Shown: positions 13,287 to 26,794, counted from the stretch's first letter. The stretch is DNA of 64,000 nt from Octopus bimaculoides (GCF_001194135.2 NC_068987.1:60062554-60126553); one strand, 5' to 3'. Translations and numbers: made by a program. Notes: generated by a model from the sequence alone, not told the origin.

Positions 13287-13289
<3 letters not shown>
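12075..13289. mobile_element. Rearranged maT/DD37D-like Tc1-mariner element: N-terminal part on minus strand (~12120-12975), C-terminal part and right TIR on plus strand (~12976-13289)
   Basis: Minus strand: LNEDLHYYSYKR, WFFSDEKNFYQDQ (first catalytic D), VIVFGCILGEGDVMSPHIYEQ. Plus strand: DCNPLDYYVWDAVE...LEAVIEANGDFTE*, then ...gttgatggcactctg before a TA run. A partial TIR match gagtgcc..cgtaaaaat lies at ~12077. Confidence 0.8.
12183..12287 (+). repeat. 3 x 35-bp perfect tandem repeat inside the transposase relic
   Basis: Unit aaagactattacagttagaaggaaattagttatcg at 12183, 12218 and 12253. Confidence 0.95.
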
Positions 13290-13357
<68 letters not shown>

Positions 13358-13369
13358 TCATACTCGAGC

Positions 13370-13560
13370 ATGCAAGGCGTTGTGGTTAGAATGTTGCTCG
13401 CGAGATTGTGGTTTCAATTCCTGGACCGAGTAGTGCGTTGTGTTCTTGAGCAAAACGTTTTATCTCACGTCACTCTGTAACCGTCCCGACGCCTGACATG
13501 CAGTAAACCGAGCACTTGTATAAGGAATACCGATTTGATGTTAGGAATTACTTAATGTAT
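13370..13560 (+). mobile_element. Degenerate tRNA/CORE SINE
   Basis: ggcgttgtggttag...gtggtttcaattcctggacc...gcgttgtgttcttgagcaaaac (A box, B box, CORE-like block). Confidence 0.6.
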
Positions 13561-15196
13561 GTCACAAACGTTTGATCACGATTTTAAAAAATCATTTTTA
13601 CAGGCTGTTTAGCAAAAAATTGCAGAACCGTTTTTCTCGGACCACGATAGATTACCATTATCACCAAAATCGTCGTACAGACGTAAGTAAATGAATACAT
13701 ATATGAATACACGTACGTACGTAAGTAAATGAATACATATAAACACTCCTACGCATAGAGAGAAAACAATCACACAAAATGTGGATATGTTTAGCCCCGA
13801 GTGTTTTCCAGTGTGTGGTAATATGACTCACATGAACTCAACATATTAATCGGAGAATAAGTCACAAAAGGTTTCAACGAATAATTATAGGTAATTAGTA
13901 ATAATTCGGCTTTCTGACAATAATTTCGACTGAAAATAATCTAGACGGATAAGTGTGTGTATATATGTGTGACCGTATAGCACACTAGGTTTTGTTAAGC
14001 ATTAATAAAGACAAATTAAATTATTGTTTGTCTTTATTATTAATTTATTGTTAATCATGTCTTACTTAATCTATTAAGATAATTGTCTTTGTTTTAATTA
14101 GTTGTTTTAGCTTTTGCTAGTATATAAAAATGATTTCGATCTTAGATTTGTCACATATTTGCTTGTTTATACGTTTTGGCTTTATATTAATCATAATTAT
14201 AGACCTGAAGTATAACTAATGATTTATTTTATCCTTAGATTTTTCAACCACATCTTTTTCTTGTAGTCTTCAATTATCCTAATTATATATACATCTCCCA
14301 AGCGAAAGTGTCCATTTTTAGCTACTTATCCCATTTATTTTTGCATTCGCTCACTGCCGATTTGACTTCTGTGAGATAAGTATTACAACTACATTTTTTA
14401 GCATTATTATATAAAACTAAGTAACCTAGTATTATTAAGCTTATTTGATTCGGACTCCAATTTATTTAGCAACTTTCTAATTATATATTCACATGTTGAG
14501 AGTATGTATTCTTTAAGGGATTAATACATACGTTTCTCTACTTTTATTTGAGCTTGAACATTTGTTTAGTCGTATTTATATTTCCGATGTGATCGCAAAC
14601 TGTGACTAATGAACACTATTTAGTATAGATTAATTTGCTGAAATAACAATACCATATTTGTCTCAGTTAATTAGTGATCAAATTTATTTGTTTATTTAAA
14701 GAATGTATCTTCCTATTCACTGAATTTTGTAAACAATTTAGCCATCTAAATGAAGCGTTCTTTCTTCCTTTCGTTTCTTCTGTCTGCTCATTACTGTCTT
14801 CTCTTCAGAGAGATGTAAAGAGTTTAATAATTCTTCCTCCACAGTTATTTCTTCCTACATTTCTTCCCCCAAAAGATTGCCTAGTCATTGTTACACCATT
14901 TTCTACTAAACAATATAATTTTGTTTTTACATTCCTTTTGCTTTCTTTTTTCGTGTGTATGAAGTACGTTATTAAATGAAGAGAGCCCATTTATGATGAG
15001 TAGAAAAACATATCTGCAGTGCATAAATCTAAATGTAATTCATTCTGCATTCTAAATTTTCAGTATGTTGGAGAAGCAATTCAATTGCTAATCCCTTATA
15101 TTTATGATATATATATATATATATATATATTATATTTTGTTATATATGTATACATGTGTATATATACAAGTATATATACAAATATATCAAATTAAG

Positions 15197-15433
15197 ATGC
15201 AACTGGCTGAGCACTCCACAGATACGTGTACCCTTAATGTAGTTCTCAGAGAGATTCAGCATGACACACAGTGTGACAAGGCTGGCCCTTTGAAATGCAG
15301 GTGCTACTCATTTTTGCCAGCTGAGTGGATTGGAGCAAAATGAAATAAAGTGTCTAGCTCAAGGACACAGCGCGTCGCCAGGAATTGAACTCACAGTAGA
15401 ATGCCGAAACTATTAAGCCACGAGCCTTCACGC
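15197..15433 (-). mobile_element. tRNA/CORE SINE carrying the same 3' domain as 47633-48021
   Basis: Minus strand has gagttcaattcc (B box) and gtgtccttgagctagacact (CORE-like); 15197-15297 aligns with 47719-47815. Confidence 0.8.
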
Positions 15434-15483
15434 TATGTATATATATATATATATTAATAGTATGACAACAAAAGAATGAATGA

Positions 15484-15680
15484 GACCTCGATATTTTGTA
15501 AATGGAGGAAATCTGCTCCGGCATCTCATCAGTTATTAGGACAAACAAAAAGGCATTTTTGTTTGTCTTAATAATTGATGAGATGCCGGAGCAGATTTCT
15601 TCCTCGACATCCAAAACTCGGAATTTTATTATGGCAACCGAATAATTGTCACATGTTATATTACAGATATATATATACAC
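15484..15680. mobile_element. Deletion derivative of the foldback MITE family at 55353-55853, with its own internal hairpin
   Basis: Starts gagacctcgatattttgtaaatggaggaa (reverse complement of the 55826-55853 end); internal palindrome aaatctgctccggcatctcatcagttattaggacaaacaaaaa/ttttgtttgtcttaataattgatgagatgccggagcagattt; then catccaaaactcggaattttattatggcaaccgaataattgtcaca matching 55760-55805. Confidence 0.8.
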
Positions 15681-16597
15681 GCCAGCTTGATTTAATTCAT
15701 CCTTAGTCGAAAGACATGTGTTGTTATGTCCTGTTTTTATTCTTACTGTATTTGTGTAACATTGTTCGTTTTTTTCCGTCCTTGTTTTTGTATACATTCG
15801 CTGCTTTCTTCCAAGGAATTTAATGCTCTTAGCTTAGTTTTTCCTTGGAGCTGGCCAGATTGAAGCAATATCGAGAATAACCAGCCGAAATTGCAAGAAT
15901 AATCTGGATCTCGACTGAAGAGAGAAAGCTCCGAATGACCTGTCCATGTTTTCTTGGTATCGTCTACCTGTATGTTTTGTCCCTTTCTTGTATCACCTAA
16001 CCGTCTGGATGTTTTGCATTCTTGTCCCATTCTGTATTATTAATACACACACACACACACNNNNNNNNNNATATATATATATATATATATTCATTTCTCT
16101 CTCTTTTCCGTTCCTCTTCCAATATATTTAATTATTTAAATAATTGCTTTTCGACAATTTTATATTTATGGTGAAATGGTTATACGATTTATTCCTTGCT
16201 TTCCAAATTGTGGTCAAATTTCGTACGATCACTGTTCAATATTTGCGTTGTTTGATGCTTAATACTACCTTCAAATGTTTCCTTTTGGGGAACCCAAAAC
16301 CCCATAGTGTTATTAGGTGTTTTCGAAATTCCTTCATAAGGTGGATACCATAAAAAGTTTCACATCCATTTTGGTATCTTTAATCCTTTTGTCCGAGCTT
16401 GTGGAGCTTCTCGGTTTATTACTCAAGTTGGTTACACGGAACAAATTACAGCTTATCACGGACACAAACAACTACTCAATTCAATACATATATCGACATA
16501 GATACAAATACATAGACTCGTGCATAATTACGTACATACGTTACATTTAATTTACTGTGTTTAAAACACTAATCCTTTTCTTCGGTTTGCGTGGCAG

Positions 16598-16617
16598 AGC
16601 ATTAAAGATTTTAGATG
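16598..16617 (+). other. Candidate 20-nt microexon of an unidentified host gene
   Basis: Branch-like CTAAT (16569-73), pyrimidine tract, CAG (16595-97), agcattaaagattttagatg, then GTGAGT (16618-23). Splice signals only; no homology recognised. Confidence 0.3.
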
Positions 16618-19199
16618 GTGAGTTTTATTTTTATTTTTGTACATTGAATTAATACAAAGTTGAAGAACCGAAGAAATCCTAACTCTGTTTAGAATATAAT
16701 AAAATGAGGCATCTTGATTTATTCGCCGATAATAGCGAATAATGAATAATAGTATTTAATCTAAAGCAAAAAAAAAAACCCATCAGAATCGATTTCCCAG
16801 CAACAAATCTTTCAAATATTTTCAAACGTTATTCTTTTCCGACATTTGCAAATCACGTACAAAGACGTGTTCCTAAAAGAAGAATTAAACACAAATGATC
16901 CACAATAATTACACATACGCACGCGTGAACACACATGGATTCTTGTACTCTTAAAGACGAGTGCTTTTTTTTTTCTCTTTAGTTTGAATGTGTTAGTGAG
17001 GAGCGGAAACGTTTGACTTTCTAATGCAGAAATGAATATTTTACCTTTATCTGATGTAACTAGGGCAGGTTACCATGATGGAATTCATATTCTCTTTAAG
17101 CTAAATCAATATGAATGTCTTATGCGCTTCTAATATTAGGAGATACAAATACAAAAACATTTATAAAGGATTCCTTTATTCTTTCAAGTTATACTATGCG
17201 AAGTCAGCTCTTTTGAAAGACAAAATATCGCAAAAAATATAAATAGATTTATTTTTTGTCTTTTTAGCGTTGTAAGTATTGATCACTTAAAAGTATTCAA
17301 TAAAGGTATGAAATCCTTATTGGATGATTGCAATATTGCGTTATTTGAAAATTTCTTATGCTTGTGTACACGCTGTGCACATATAACTTTGTTATTATTT
17401 TATACGCCTTGAATAAAGAACATTGACGTGTAACTCAGCCATATTGAGTCGTTTATTAAAAAAGATCGGATCTCTAGTTAATAAGACTTAGGTTATTTAC
17501 GTCCTGAATTATAAAAATGTGTCACAAGAGCCTCGCAAGAAATTGCTTTCATGTTGTCCACATTAAGGGTTTATACCTTTGACATGTACATTGTACTTAT
17601 GATAGAGTGGATGTTCTTTTCAAAAATCAATGCCCAAATCGTCAGGGTAAAGTTGTGTTGCCATGAAACAAGAGTTTACCTATAAACTTTACTAAATTAA
17701 TGTATTTTTATATTGTATGAAATATATATTAATCAGTGTAATATTCGATGAAACTCTCTATTTGTCGTGTCAAACAAACAAGTAAATTATTTTGGGCGAA
17801 GTATAGAGGCTCATATTAAGAAAGAAGAAACTCCAGCAATTTTAGCTTTGAACGGAAATTTAGAAACGCTATCAGATCACTTCTAACGTTTTATTACATT
17901 ATAATACACTACACGCAAGAAAATTAAATTGCAAACCATTATAGCGGTTTCTTAAAGAACTACAATACATTTCATTAGGTACTCGTCGTTTAAAATCTTA
18001 TCTTGCTTTGAAATTCTGAGAGGTTAATATAAATAATTTCTAGGAAAAGTTTATTATTCTAACGCAAGTAACATAATCATATAATCTGGTGTCAATTTCC
18101 AATAAATTAAGGAAATCACAAGAACGTAGAATTAAATTACCCTATTTATAGACATACCGAAATGCTGACTGAGAATCATAAATCATTAGCCATGAAATTG
18201 TAATTCAATTCCTTATTCGTTATCATCTTCCGAAAGAAAGAAATTTTTCTCTGAATTACAATATAATTTCATTATATTTCTCTTATTCGTACAAAAAATG
18301 TCATTAGTATTGACATGCTGTAAAAGTATGTCGGGTAGTGCTGGGACATATTTTAACCAATGTAGCGGAATAATATTTGAAGTTGATATTGATTGAATTT
18401 AAATTCAGATTGTAGAGGATCAAAGCAAAATTTTACTCTGTTATTTACTCAAGTACAAATAACAGTTTCATTTAGAGCATAGTATAATCCATTTGAAGAA
18501 CCCCTACCAAATTCAAACCTATTCACATTTTAAACTTTCTGCTCGCGAAGTCTCTTAACATTTATATGACAAAATCGTTTAGGCCTTGAGACCAAGTCAG
18601 TAATATAAATTGCATACTAGTGATTTAGGAAAATAAAATATTCATTACTTTTCCCTCAACAGAGCTCCGTCTCCACAGGTTCTTTTCGACTTACTATTAG
18701 CCAACATCAATGCAGCCTTTGTAATTTTATTGTTAGAGAAATGAAAATTCAACCTCAACAAGGAATATCAAATCGCAGTGAAACCCCGACAAGGAATATC
18801 AAATCACAGTGAAACTAAACGAAATGATACATAGTATTTAGTCAGGCTGTCACTTTTCGGTCACAGTAGCACCATCATACTGATAGAAAATTTATATTGA
18901 TATAATTAAATCAGTGTTAGCATATTTAATGAAAGGAGCATAAAACGTACGAGGAAAATTATGCTATGAGGTTAAAAAAACATTAGACATCGATTTTTTT
19001 TGCGAATAAGAGAAAATTGTAGACTGGTTTTGCGTTATATTAGAAGATTCTTCAGCGAAGGGTAATATTTGCTGATGCTGTATAGAAAATCGCTAAGCAC
19101 TATGGAATGTCCACTTGTGAGCATACAAAAATAGAAACTCTCAGTGATTTGGTTTTCTTTCTTTCAATCTGATTTCATTAAATATGTTAAAATTGATTT

Positions 19200-19480
19200 C
19201 AAATTTTGGCACACGGCGCGCAAGTTCGGTACTGACAAAGTCAGTCTCGGTGAAATTTGAGCTCGGGACGTAAAGACGGACAAAATCCCACTACTTATTT
19301 TGTCGGATGTGCTGACGATTCTGCTAGCCCGCCGTTTTTTTATATGTTATTATTAACTGAACTACTGCTGAGGTCGGCTTTGCCTTTCATCCTTTCGGGA
19401 TTGATAAAAGAAGTACTAGTTGTGCATTGGGGTCTATGCATTTGACTAGCTGCTTTCCTCAAAATTTCAGGCCTTGTGAC
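19200..19480. mobile_element. Fragments of Meta-domain-like tRNA SINE (family B), opposite orientations
   Basis: aaatttgagctcgggacgtaaagacggac (minus head) and gaggtcggctttgcctttcatcctttcgggattgataaa (plus, Meta-like block). Confidence 0.7.
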
Positions 19481-20044
19481 TATAGTAGAAAGCAATATTA
19501 AATGAACTATTTACTTATGTTGGTGTCTATCTAACATACAATAAATATTGTAAGTCTGACATTACTGATTCCTATGCAGTACTGTCACCACTCTAACAAA
19601 TCAAATGAAGTAAAGCCTATAGAATACTGTTAGAATTATAAAATAAAATTCTGGATTGATATAAAAATACAACAGAAAATTTGCGTAACATAAGCTTGCA
19701 TTTGTAAAAATATACTTGAATAAGTAATGTTTCATTACTTGTGTCTTTAGTGTGAAACATTATAATGAAATGTTCACCTGCAGTAAACTTGGCAGTTACT
19801 ATGGCTGGATGACATTTTAAAGTTATTAACTTTGATCGTAAAATCTTTAGCTTTGTCGGTCATTCTGAATTTCATGCAATATTCATATCAGATCATTTCC
19901 TTCCTGTTCTGAGAGATTATGATTCTATAAATACATAGACATAGCTGTATGTATATATCTATTTGCCTGTAAATATATAAACGTCATGCAACTGTGTGCA
20001 GGTCTGGGGGCATCGTCTTTTATGAATCCTTTAACTCCAGCTAA

Positions 20045-20215
20045 TGTGTGAGTGTATGTGTGTGTGCGTGCGTGTGTGTACATGTGCGTGTGTATGCATG
20101 CGTATGCTTATGTTTCATGTGCATATGCATATACATATATGTGTATATATGTGTGCATGTATATATACATATATATGCAAGGATATATATATGTATGTAT
20201 GCATGTGTATATATA

Positions 20216-20246
<31 letters not shown>

Positions 20247-20500
20247 GTGCGTGTGTGTGTATGTGTGTATGTGTGTGTATGTATGTATGTACGTATGTGT
20301 GTATGTACCTTAGCTGGAGTGATGTTATTCATAAAATATCTCTTTTCATCTTACGAATCGTTGGAAGGGCATATAAATGATGGAAATAAGGATAATTTAA
20401 AATTGATAAAATTAATATATGTGTCGATCATATATATGAATATATGTGTGTGAGTGTATTTGCATACACACACACACACATATATATATATGTATATATA
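20045..20500 (+). repeat. Degenerate (TG/TA/TATG)n microsatellite field adjoining N gap 20501-20668
   Basis: Seen directly. Confidence 0.9.
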
Positions 20501-20783
20501 NNNNNNNNNNNNNNNNNNNNNNNNNNNNNNNNNNNNNNNNNNNNNNNNNNNNNNNNNNNNNNNNNNNNNNNNNNNNNNNNNNNNNNNNNNNNNNNNNNNN
20601 NNNNNNNNNNNNNNNNNNNNNNNNNNNNNNNNNNNNNNNNNNNNNNNNNNNNNNNNNNNNNNNNNNNNTATATATATATACACACACACATTAGAGATTT
20701 ATGGTTTTTAAAAAATGCTTATATAATAACAAAGAAAACTGTATTTTTATGAAAATCTATAAACATACGGCTAAGTTATCAAT

Positions 20784-21903
20784 TTAATAATTCCATTCAA
20801 TAAAACCACCATAAGCATCAATAACTGCCTCTACGCGGGGTCGAAATCGTTTACAAGCTCAGTTTAAGAGGTCCTTGTTCATATCGGACATGATTTGGCG
20901 GCTTTCAAAGAATATTTGGTGCTACGGGGGTGTTCATTGATATTTTTCTCAATGATTCTCCATACATAGTAGTCCAGTAAAGATCTGGAGGATTAGGAGG
21001 CCAAATGTTGGAGGTGATGTGATCATGGAAATTATCGGCCATCCATCATCTGAGCCTTGTGTGATGATACAGAATCTTCTTGAAAGACATGTCTTCCAAT
21101 GCATACACTGTTGATCCAAGGCTTAACAACTTTATCCAGAACTTCAATATACGCAGCAGCATTCACCCTAAGTCTTTGTGGACAAAAGTGAGAAGGCATC
21201 ACATGTCCTTCATTGCTAACAACACCCAAAACCATGACCCTTACAGAAAATTGTGTGTGCATTACTCTTAGAACCTCAGAAGGGTCCGCACACAGCCATC
21301 TGTCACTTTTTCTGTTAGTTTTCTGATCTGGCCAAAGTTTTTCTCAGCTGAGAAAACCCAAATCACACCATCTTCTGATAGATTTTTAATCTTCTTCAAA
21401 AGTCTTTTGGATCTGGTTAAACGGTTTCCTTTTGTTTTTTCTGACATGAATTGACCTCCCTTCATCACGTAAGATTTCTAAGTGATATCTTCATGCACAA
21501 CATTTCTGATTGTTTCTTCCGACACACGAAATTGTTTTGTAATTGACCTCATTTATTTTCCTAGATTGTCTTCAATGTTTTGATTAACTTCCTGAATAAA
21601 TTCAGGTGTCCTAATAGAATCTGAGCATTTGGAATGTTTTTTATACAGGCAATACGCTTCCATCGTCTTTTTCTTACTCACACCGAATCTTGTCGAGAAA
21701 AGATCTTGCATCTTTCAGAAAACGAGAAATTTCTAAATCACCATGCTTACCCTTCAAAGCTACAATCACAGCATGCCTTTTCATTTCATTAGTAAGCATA
21801 GGTCCTGTCATTGTTATTTTCTGAAACAAAAGTTTAATAAAAATTTAGTCAAATAAAATAATGACTAAAAATGCATGTGTCCTCAAATACCGTCCGCACC
21901 CTG
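20784..21903 (-). mobile_element. Decayed maT/DD37D-like Tc1-mariner transposon (pseudo-CDS 21799->20784)
   Basis: TIR TA|cagggtgcggacggt at 21903. MLTNEMKRHAVIVALKGKHGDLEISRFL; WVFSAEKNF (first D mutated to A); HVFQEDSVSSHKA; WPPNPPDL..LDYYVWRIIE (frameshifted); RFRPRVEAVIDAYGGFIEWNY*. Multiple frameshifts and stops. Confidence 0.9.
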
Positions 21904-21914
21904 TATATATAAAC

Positions 21915-22135
21915 GTTTGTGTGTTTCTGCGTCTGTGTTTGTCCCCCTGCAGCCGATTTACAATTTTTGATGGTGTGTTTACGTCCCTATAACTTAGCTG
22001 TTCGCCAAAACAGACTGATAGAATAAGTACCAGGCTTTAAAAAATGACAAGTACTGGCCTCGGTTCATTCGACTGAAAATTCTCCAAGGTGGTTCCGCAG
22101 TATGGCCGCAGTCTAATGACTGAAGCACGTAAAAG
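21915..22135 (+). mobile_element. 3' half of family A SINE
   Basis: Aligns with 56100-56300. Confidence 0.85.
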
Positions 22136-22136
22136 A

Positions 22137-22173
22137 CTGACAGACAGACAGACAGACAGGCAAGCAGGCAGGC

Positions 22174-22263
<90 letters not shown>
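22137..22263 (+). repeat. (GACA)n(GGCA)n(GATA)n(GA)n compound microsatellite
   Basis: Seen directly. Confidence 0.97.
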
Positions 22264-22267
<4 letters not shown>

Positions 22268-23349
22268 AGTAAGTAAACCGATAGATAAATAAATAAACAA
22301 AGACACAGACAGACGGGTAGGTAGGTAGGTTGATAGGTATATAGATAGATAGCGGTTTTTCTTGACTTCTGTTTTGTGTGTATATTGTGCAAAACATGAT
22401 AAATTATGCAAACAGTTATTAAAACCTAGTGAGAGAGATTATGGTAAACAGACATGAGATTGTATAAACCACCTAATTTTACTGCATAAGAAAGAAAAGA
22501 AAATAAGTCAATACTTACAATTTACACGATAACTAGATGGATAATTTAAGAGGAAGGAATTTACTGTAGAGTAGGCGGAGAGATAATTTCAATATTTTAT
22601 CAGTTACAATGAAAATAAGATCAGAAATAGAAAAAAATATCTTATATAATTTAAAAAACACAGAAGTATATCTGTAGCAGTCGAAAACTATCCAGCAGCG
22701 ATGGTGGAATTAGCTGAATTATGATTACTTGTACCTGTGCACGTCATCAGTAACTGGTATCCTCCACCAACAATGTTTAGATACATTTCCCTTTTAGTGA
22801 TACAGAAAAACAGTAATTTTCAAATCACTGGTATTGCAAATACCAGACGGACTGGTAAAAATTCTTTAGCGACAGAAGTAGTATTGGTTGAAAATAGCAT
22901 TCTGTATATCCTATTGAACGTAGATATACTATCGAAAACCACAAAATTGTAGTATTCGTCTCGAGAAAGCTTCTCATATCTAAGCATAACGGTGGTTGGT
23001 AAATCGATGTTCTTAGACGTCTTCTACCAGAAAACGCTCAGGTAATATATATTTCTCTGGATATGTGAGTGATATTTTATATTGTTGTTAGTAGAAGTGT
23101 TCTTTGAAACCAAAGAAATCACAATATTTTGAAAAGCAACTAGTGGTGATTGTGATAGAATTTAGATAGCAGATTAATATGAAAACTCGGCAGGTTATAA
23201 TTGAATACTAAACATGGTATATGATTCTTTCTCGGAATCTAGTTTAATATTAAGAATAAGTACGTTACTAGTTTTAGAACAAGTTAAAGATTAATTTTAA
23301 AAGACAGCGTGATCATGCCGTGTTGTAGAATACCCAAAGTAATATTAGT

Positions 23350-23548
23350 TACAAATTTTGGCACAAAACCAGCATTTCTGAGGGAGGGATGACGTCGATT
23401 ACATCTACGTAGCTAATAGCCTGGATATAAACGCAAGTATGAAAGGTAAAGTTGATCTCGGCGGGATTTGAAGTCAGAACGTTAAGACGGAGGAGATACC
23501 ACTGAGCATTTAGCCCAGCGTGCTAACGATTCTGCCAGCTCACCACCT
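23350..23548 (-). mobile_element. Family B (Meta-like) SINE
   Basis: gttgatctcggcgggatttgaagtcagaacgttaagacgg...gcgtgctaacgattctgccagctcaccacc is the reverse complement of the family head. Confidence 0.85.
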
Positions 23549-23583
23549 TAGTACCTGATTCAATAATATTAGAACGTATATAA

Positions 23584-23776
23584 AGGCGGCAAACTGGCAG
23601 AATCGTTATCGAGGCATTTCATCCATCTTTATATTCTGAGTTTGAAGTTCTGCCGAGGTCAACTTTGCCTTCTATCCTTTCGGGGTCCATAAAGTAAGTA
23701 CCAGTTGAACACCGAAGTCGCTGTAATCGACTTAACCTATCTCCGAACTTGCTACCTTTGTGCCAAAATTTGAAAT
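23584..23776 (+). mobile_element. Family B (Meta-like) SINE with 20-bp target-site duplication
   Basis: ggcggcaaactggcagaatcg...gaggtcaactttgccttctatcctttcggggtccataaagtaagtaccag...gtgccaaaatttgaaa; TSD taatattagaac(g/t)tatataa at 23564-23583 and 23777-23796. Confidence 0.9.
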
Positions 23777-25542
23777 TAATATTAGAACTTATATAATAAC
23801 GATGTAATACTAATTCCTAAGTGTTAACATGTTTCAAAGGGGTTTCCTGTACGGACTGAATTATGTTAAGTTATTGGAACCTGAATTTTATATCTATTTC
23901 ATAAATGATTTGCTACCTTGTGAGGAGCTGTATACACAGAGGTTGGTTTTATAGTTGCGCATCATATGAAGAGAGAGACCAGCTAAATTTAGACAAGAAT
24001 TCTTAGTTATACAGCAGACATTAATATCAACGTTGTTAATAGCCTGGATATAAATGCAAATTTATACTATATTATTTCTCTTACCAAACTTCTCCTTTTT
24101 AGCATAAATAAACAAATATTATCATTACCTTCAGGGGCGGCCACGTTCAATAGTGATTTGCATTATTGTAATGAGTATCTCCGTAATAACTTTACTAATA
24201 AAATAAAATACACATCCTGCTCCAAAGTCCTGAAGCATAAAAATAGATAAGGAAATATTATATGCTAGATACAGCCTAGAATTCTGTGCAAATATCGTTA
24301 GAGAATTCTGAAAAGAAATGTTCTTTTTTATTTATTTTCTGATGATTCGGTGATAGCATAAGACTTACGTGGACATTCGAATGATATAAACTATTCTTTT
24401 TAAAATCTTCCAAGGTGCATTAACTATTTCAATTTTAGGAAATCTTTCTTCAACGGCATAGTGCTTCTACTTGTAACTGAATTAATCTGAACAATTAATC
24501 CATTAACGGTAATTGCACGTCGAAAGCTCCCATATATTGTGTTTAAGTTCAGCTTGATAATGAGTATTCTTTTTAATTATATTTGTTTGATTGAGAGTTT
24601 CTTTAAAGTTCGCTTTTATCAACATATCCCTACATTTAAGAAAACGGGGAAAAAACATCCCCGAGCCTTTCCAATAACATTTTAACATAAACAGAATTGA
24701 CGGCATTTAAACTTTCATCTGATAAATTCTAGGCCACGCAACATGGCAACAACATGAAATGGGTGCGTACGGAGCCATGTAAGCATTGGTGTTATGTTCA
24801 ATTCCCAGTGGTTCGGCCCGTCTTTTTTCCGCCAATTGTTTGTGTTCAGTCGATTTAAGTGGAGCATATATTATTGTAAATAGCATATAATCATAGTTAT
24901 TATTTAAAAAGACGTATGTGTGTCGCTCTTCTCCGTAATTTAATCCTTCGGATTTGTTTACATATATATGTGTATACATGTATACATGTGTGTGTGTGTT
25001 GTATATAGTTATATGTACATATATATTAAGATATATATACATACATTTATATAAACACATGTAAAAGTATATATATAATGTATATATATATATATATATA
25101 TATATAACTGTTACGTTTCTCAGAATCTATTATTAAACCTTAAACTCCATCGATCCAGGTTTTTTCACAATTTGTTGTTAGTCACTACATCATCACTATA
25201 TATTGAAGTAGTGTATAGGAATACTTATTTTCTCCTTATGTTGATATATAAATGCAAGAAATAACGATAATTACAATGGAGTATCGAGAAGAAAACAAAA
25301 CAGTGGAAGTATTACGTATCAAATATTCAATATTAAATCTGTTTCTTTTATTTACTGAATGTAGTTAAAAGACGTATACAGATTATAGACGATTATATAA
25401 ATAATATTTGCATATTATTATCATTCAAGTAAACAATAAATAAAAGAAGTTTTAAATTATTATATATTAATTTTGAAATATACGAAGAACGCAAAAGAAT
25501 GACAACTAAAAACTGATATTTATAACAAATAGTATTGTAATG

Positions 25543-25838
25543 GGAGGCGCAATGGCCTAGTGGTTAGGGCAGCGGACTCCCGGTCTGAGGATCGCGGTTT
25601 CGATTCCCAGACCGGGTGTTGTGAGTGTTTATTGCGCGAAAACACCTAAAGCTCCACAAGGCTCCAGCAAGGTGGGATGAACCCTGCTGTTCTCTTTCAC
25701 CACAACTTTCTTCTTGTTTCTAAATGTTAACCTGCTCGCTTAGCCAGCGGGGTGGCGTCATTCGAAGGCTAAAACAACGCGAAGCGCATTGTGGCCAGCG
25801 CTGTGTAGCAGCATCTGATTACCTGGTCGGTCACGTGA
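25543..25838 (+). mobile_element. tRNA(Arg-like)-headed SINE (family C, tail type 1)
   Basis: ggaggcgcaatggcctagtggttagggcagcggactc...ggtttcgattcccagaccggg (A and B boxes); first ~170 bp align with the reverse complement of 47850-48021 but the 3' part differs. Confidence 0.85.
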
Positions 25839-26794
25839 ATAGTGTAATATTAAAATTGCAGGTATGAGGAAATGTTTTCAAGAAACTGTTTGTTTTTTGT
25901 TTTGTTTTGTTTTTTTCGTTGAGAAACGTAATTATTTATACTGTTTCTGATACATTTGTGCTAAATCTGCATTTCGTTTTTTGATTGGTTTCTTTAAAGA
26001 TTTCGCCACTTGAAAAGGGTTTGGGTACGTTGTAATCCACGCATTCTTTGTAACCGAATTAAATTATTCTTTCTCATTGAAGTATTTTCCTTGTTACTTC
26101 TCCCACATCTCTGGAACATAATTCTATTTTATTTACGTTATGTATTAAATGAAACAATAATGGAAACTTCACAGACCATTTACATCAATGATTTGGCATC
26201 TACTCGCCTTGATCTAAATCAAGAACAATTTCATTTTTTTTAGGAATGCAATCTCAACTGAAATCAAAACAAACATAAACACCTAAAACCATAATAAAAG
26301 AATTAAACAACCAAATGACATTCTACTTTGAATGCTGATGACGAATTTGCTCTTTCGATGAATAAACTGGCGACGAATTTTCCCTGCATAGAACTAACCG
26401 ACTACTGACGGACTGTCGAACTTGCGAGGAAATGAACTAACAACAAACTGATCTGGCAATTAAGTGACCTAGCAACAATGTGATAGATAATGAATTATCC
26501 TAGCATCAAAATGTGATAGATAATGAATTATCCTAGCATCAAAATGACTGGCAATGAAATGATCTGGTGTGGAATGGACACGATGACTAATTGACCGAGG
26601 AAAAATAGCAATGAGAATAGCTCATATAGCAAAATAATATATTCTCTTTATGAAGAATATTCAGAATCAAACATGTGCCAAATTGCAAAAAGATAAACAA
26701 CTAAAAGTAGAGAAACGTGAAACGGGGTTAGAAATATGAAATATAGTATTAGAAATATGCTACATTATTACTAAATAATCATAATCTGAAATAT

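Noticed and set aside
22735-22790. Minus-strand first coding exon MYLNIVGGGYQLLMTCT with CAG|GTACAA donor
   Set aside because: Non-consensus donor, no partner exon found, and no homology recognised.
25543-25615. Functional tRNA genes here and at 5370-5445, 47950-48021 and 55891-55960
   Set aside because: Acceptor stems do not close, and each continues into a SINE body rather than a poly-T terminator.
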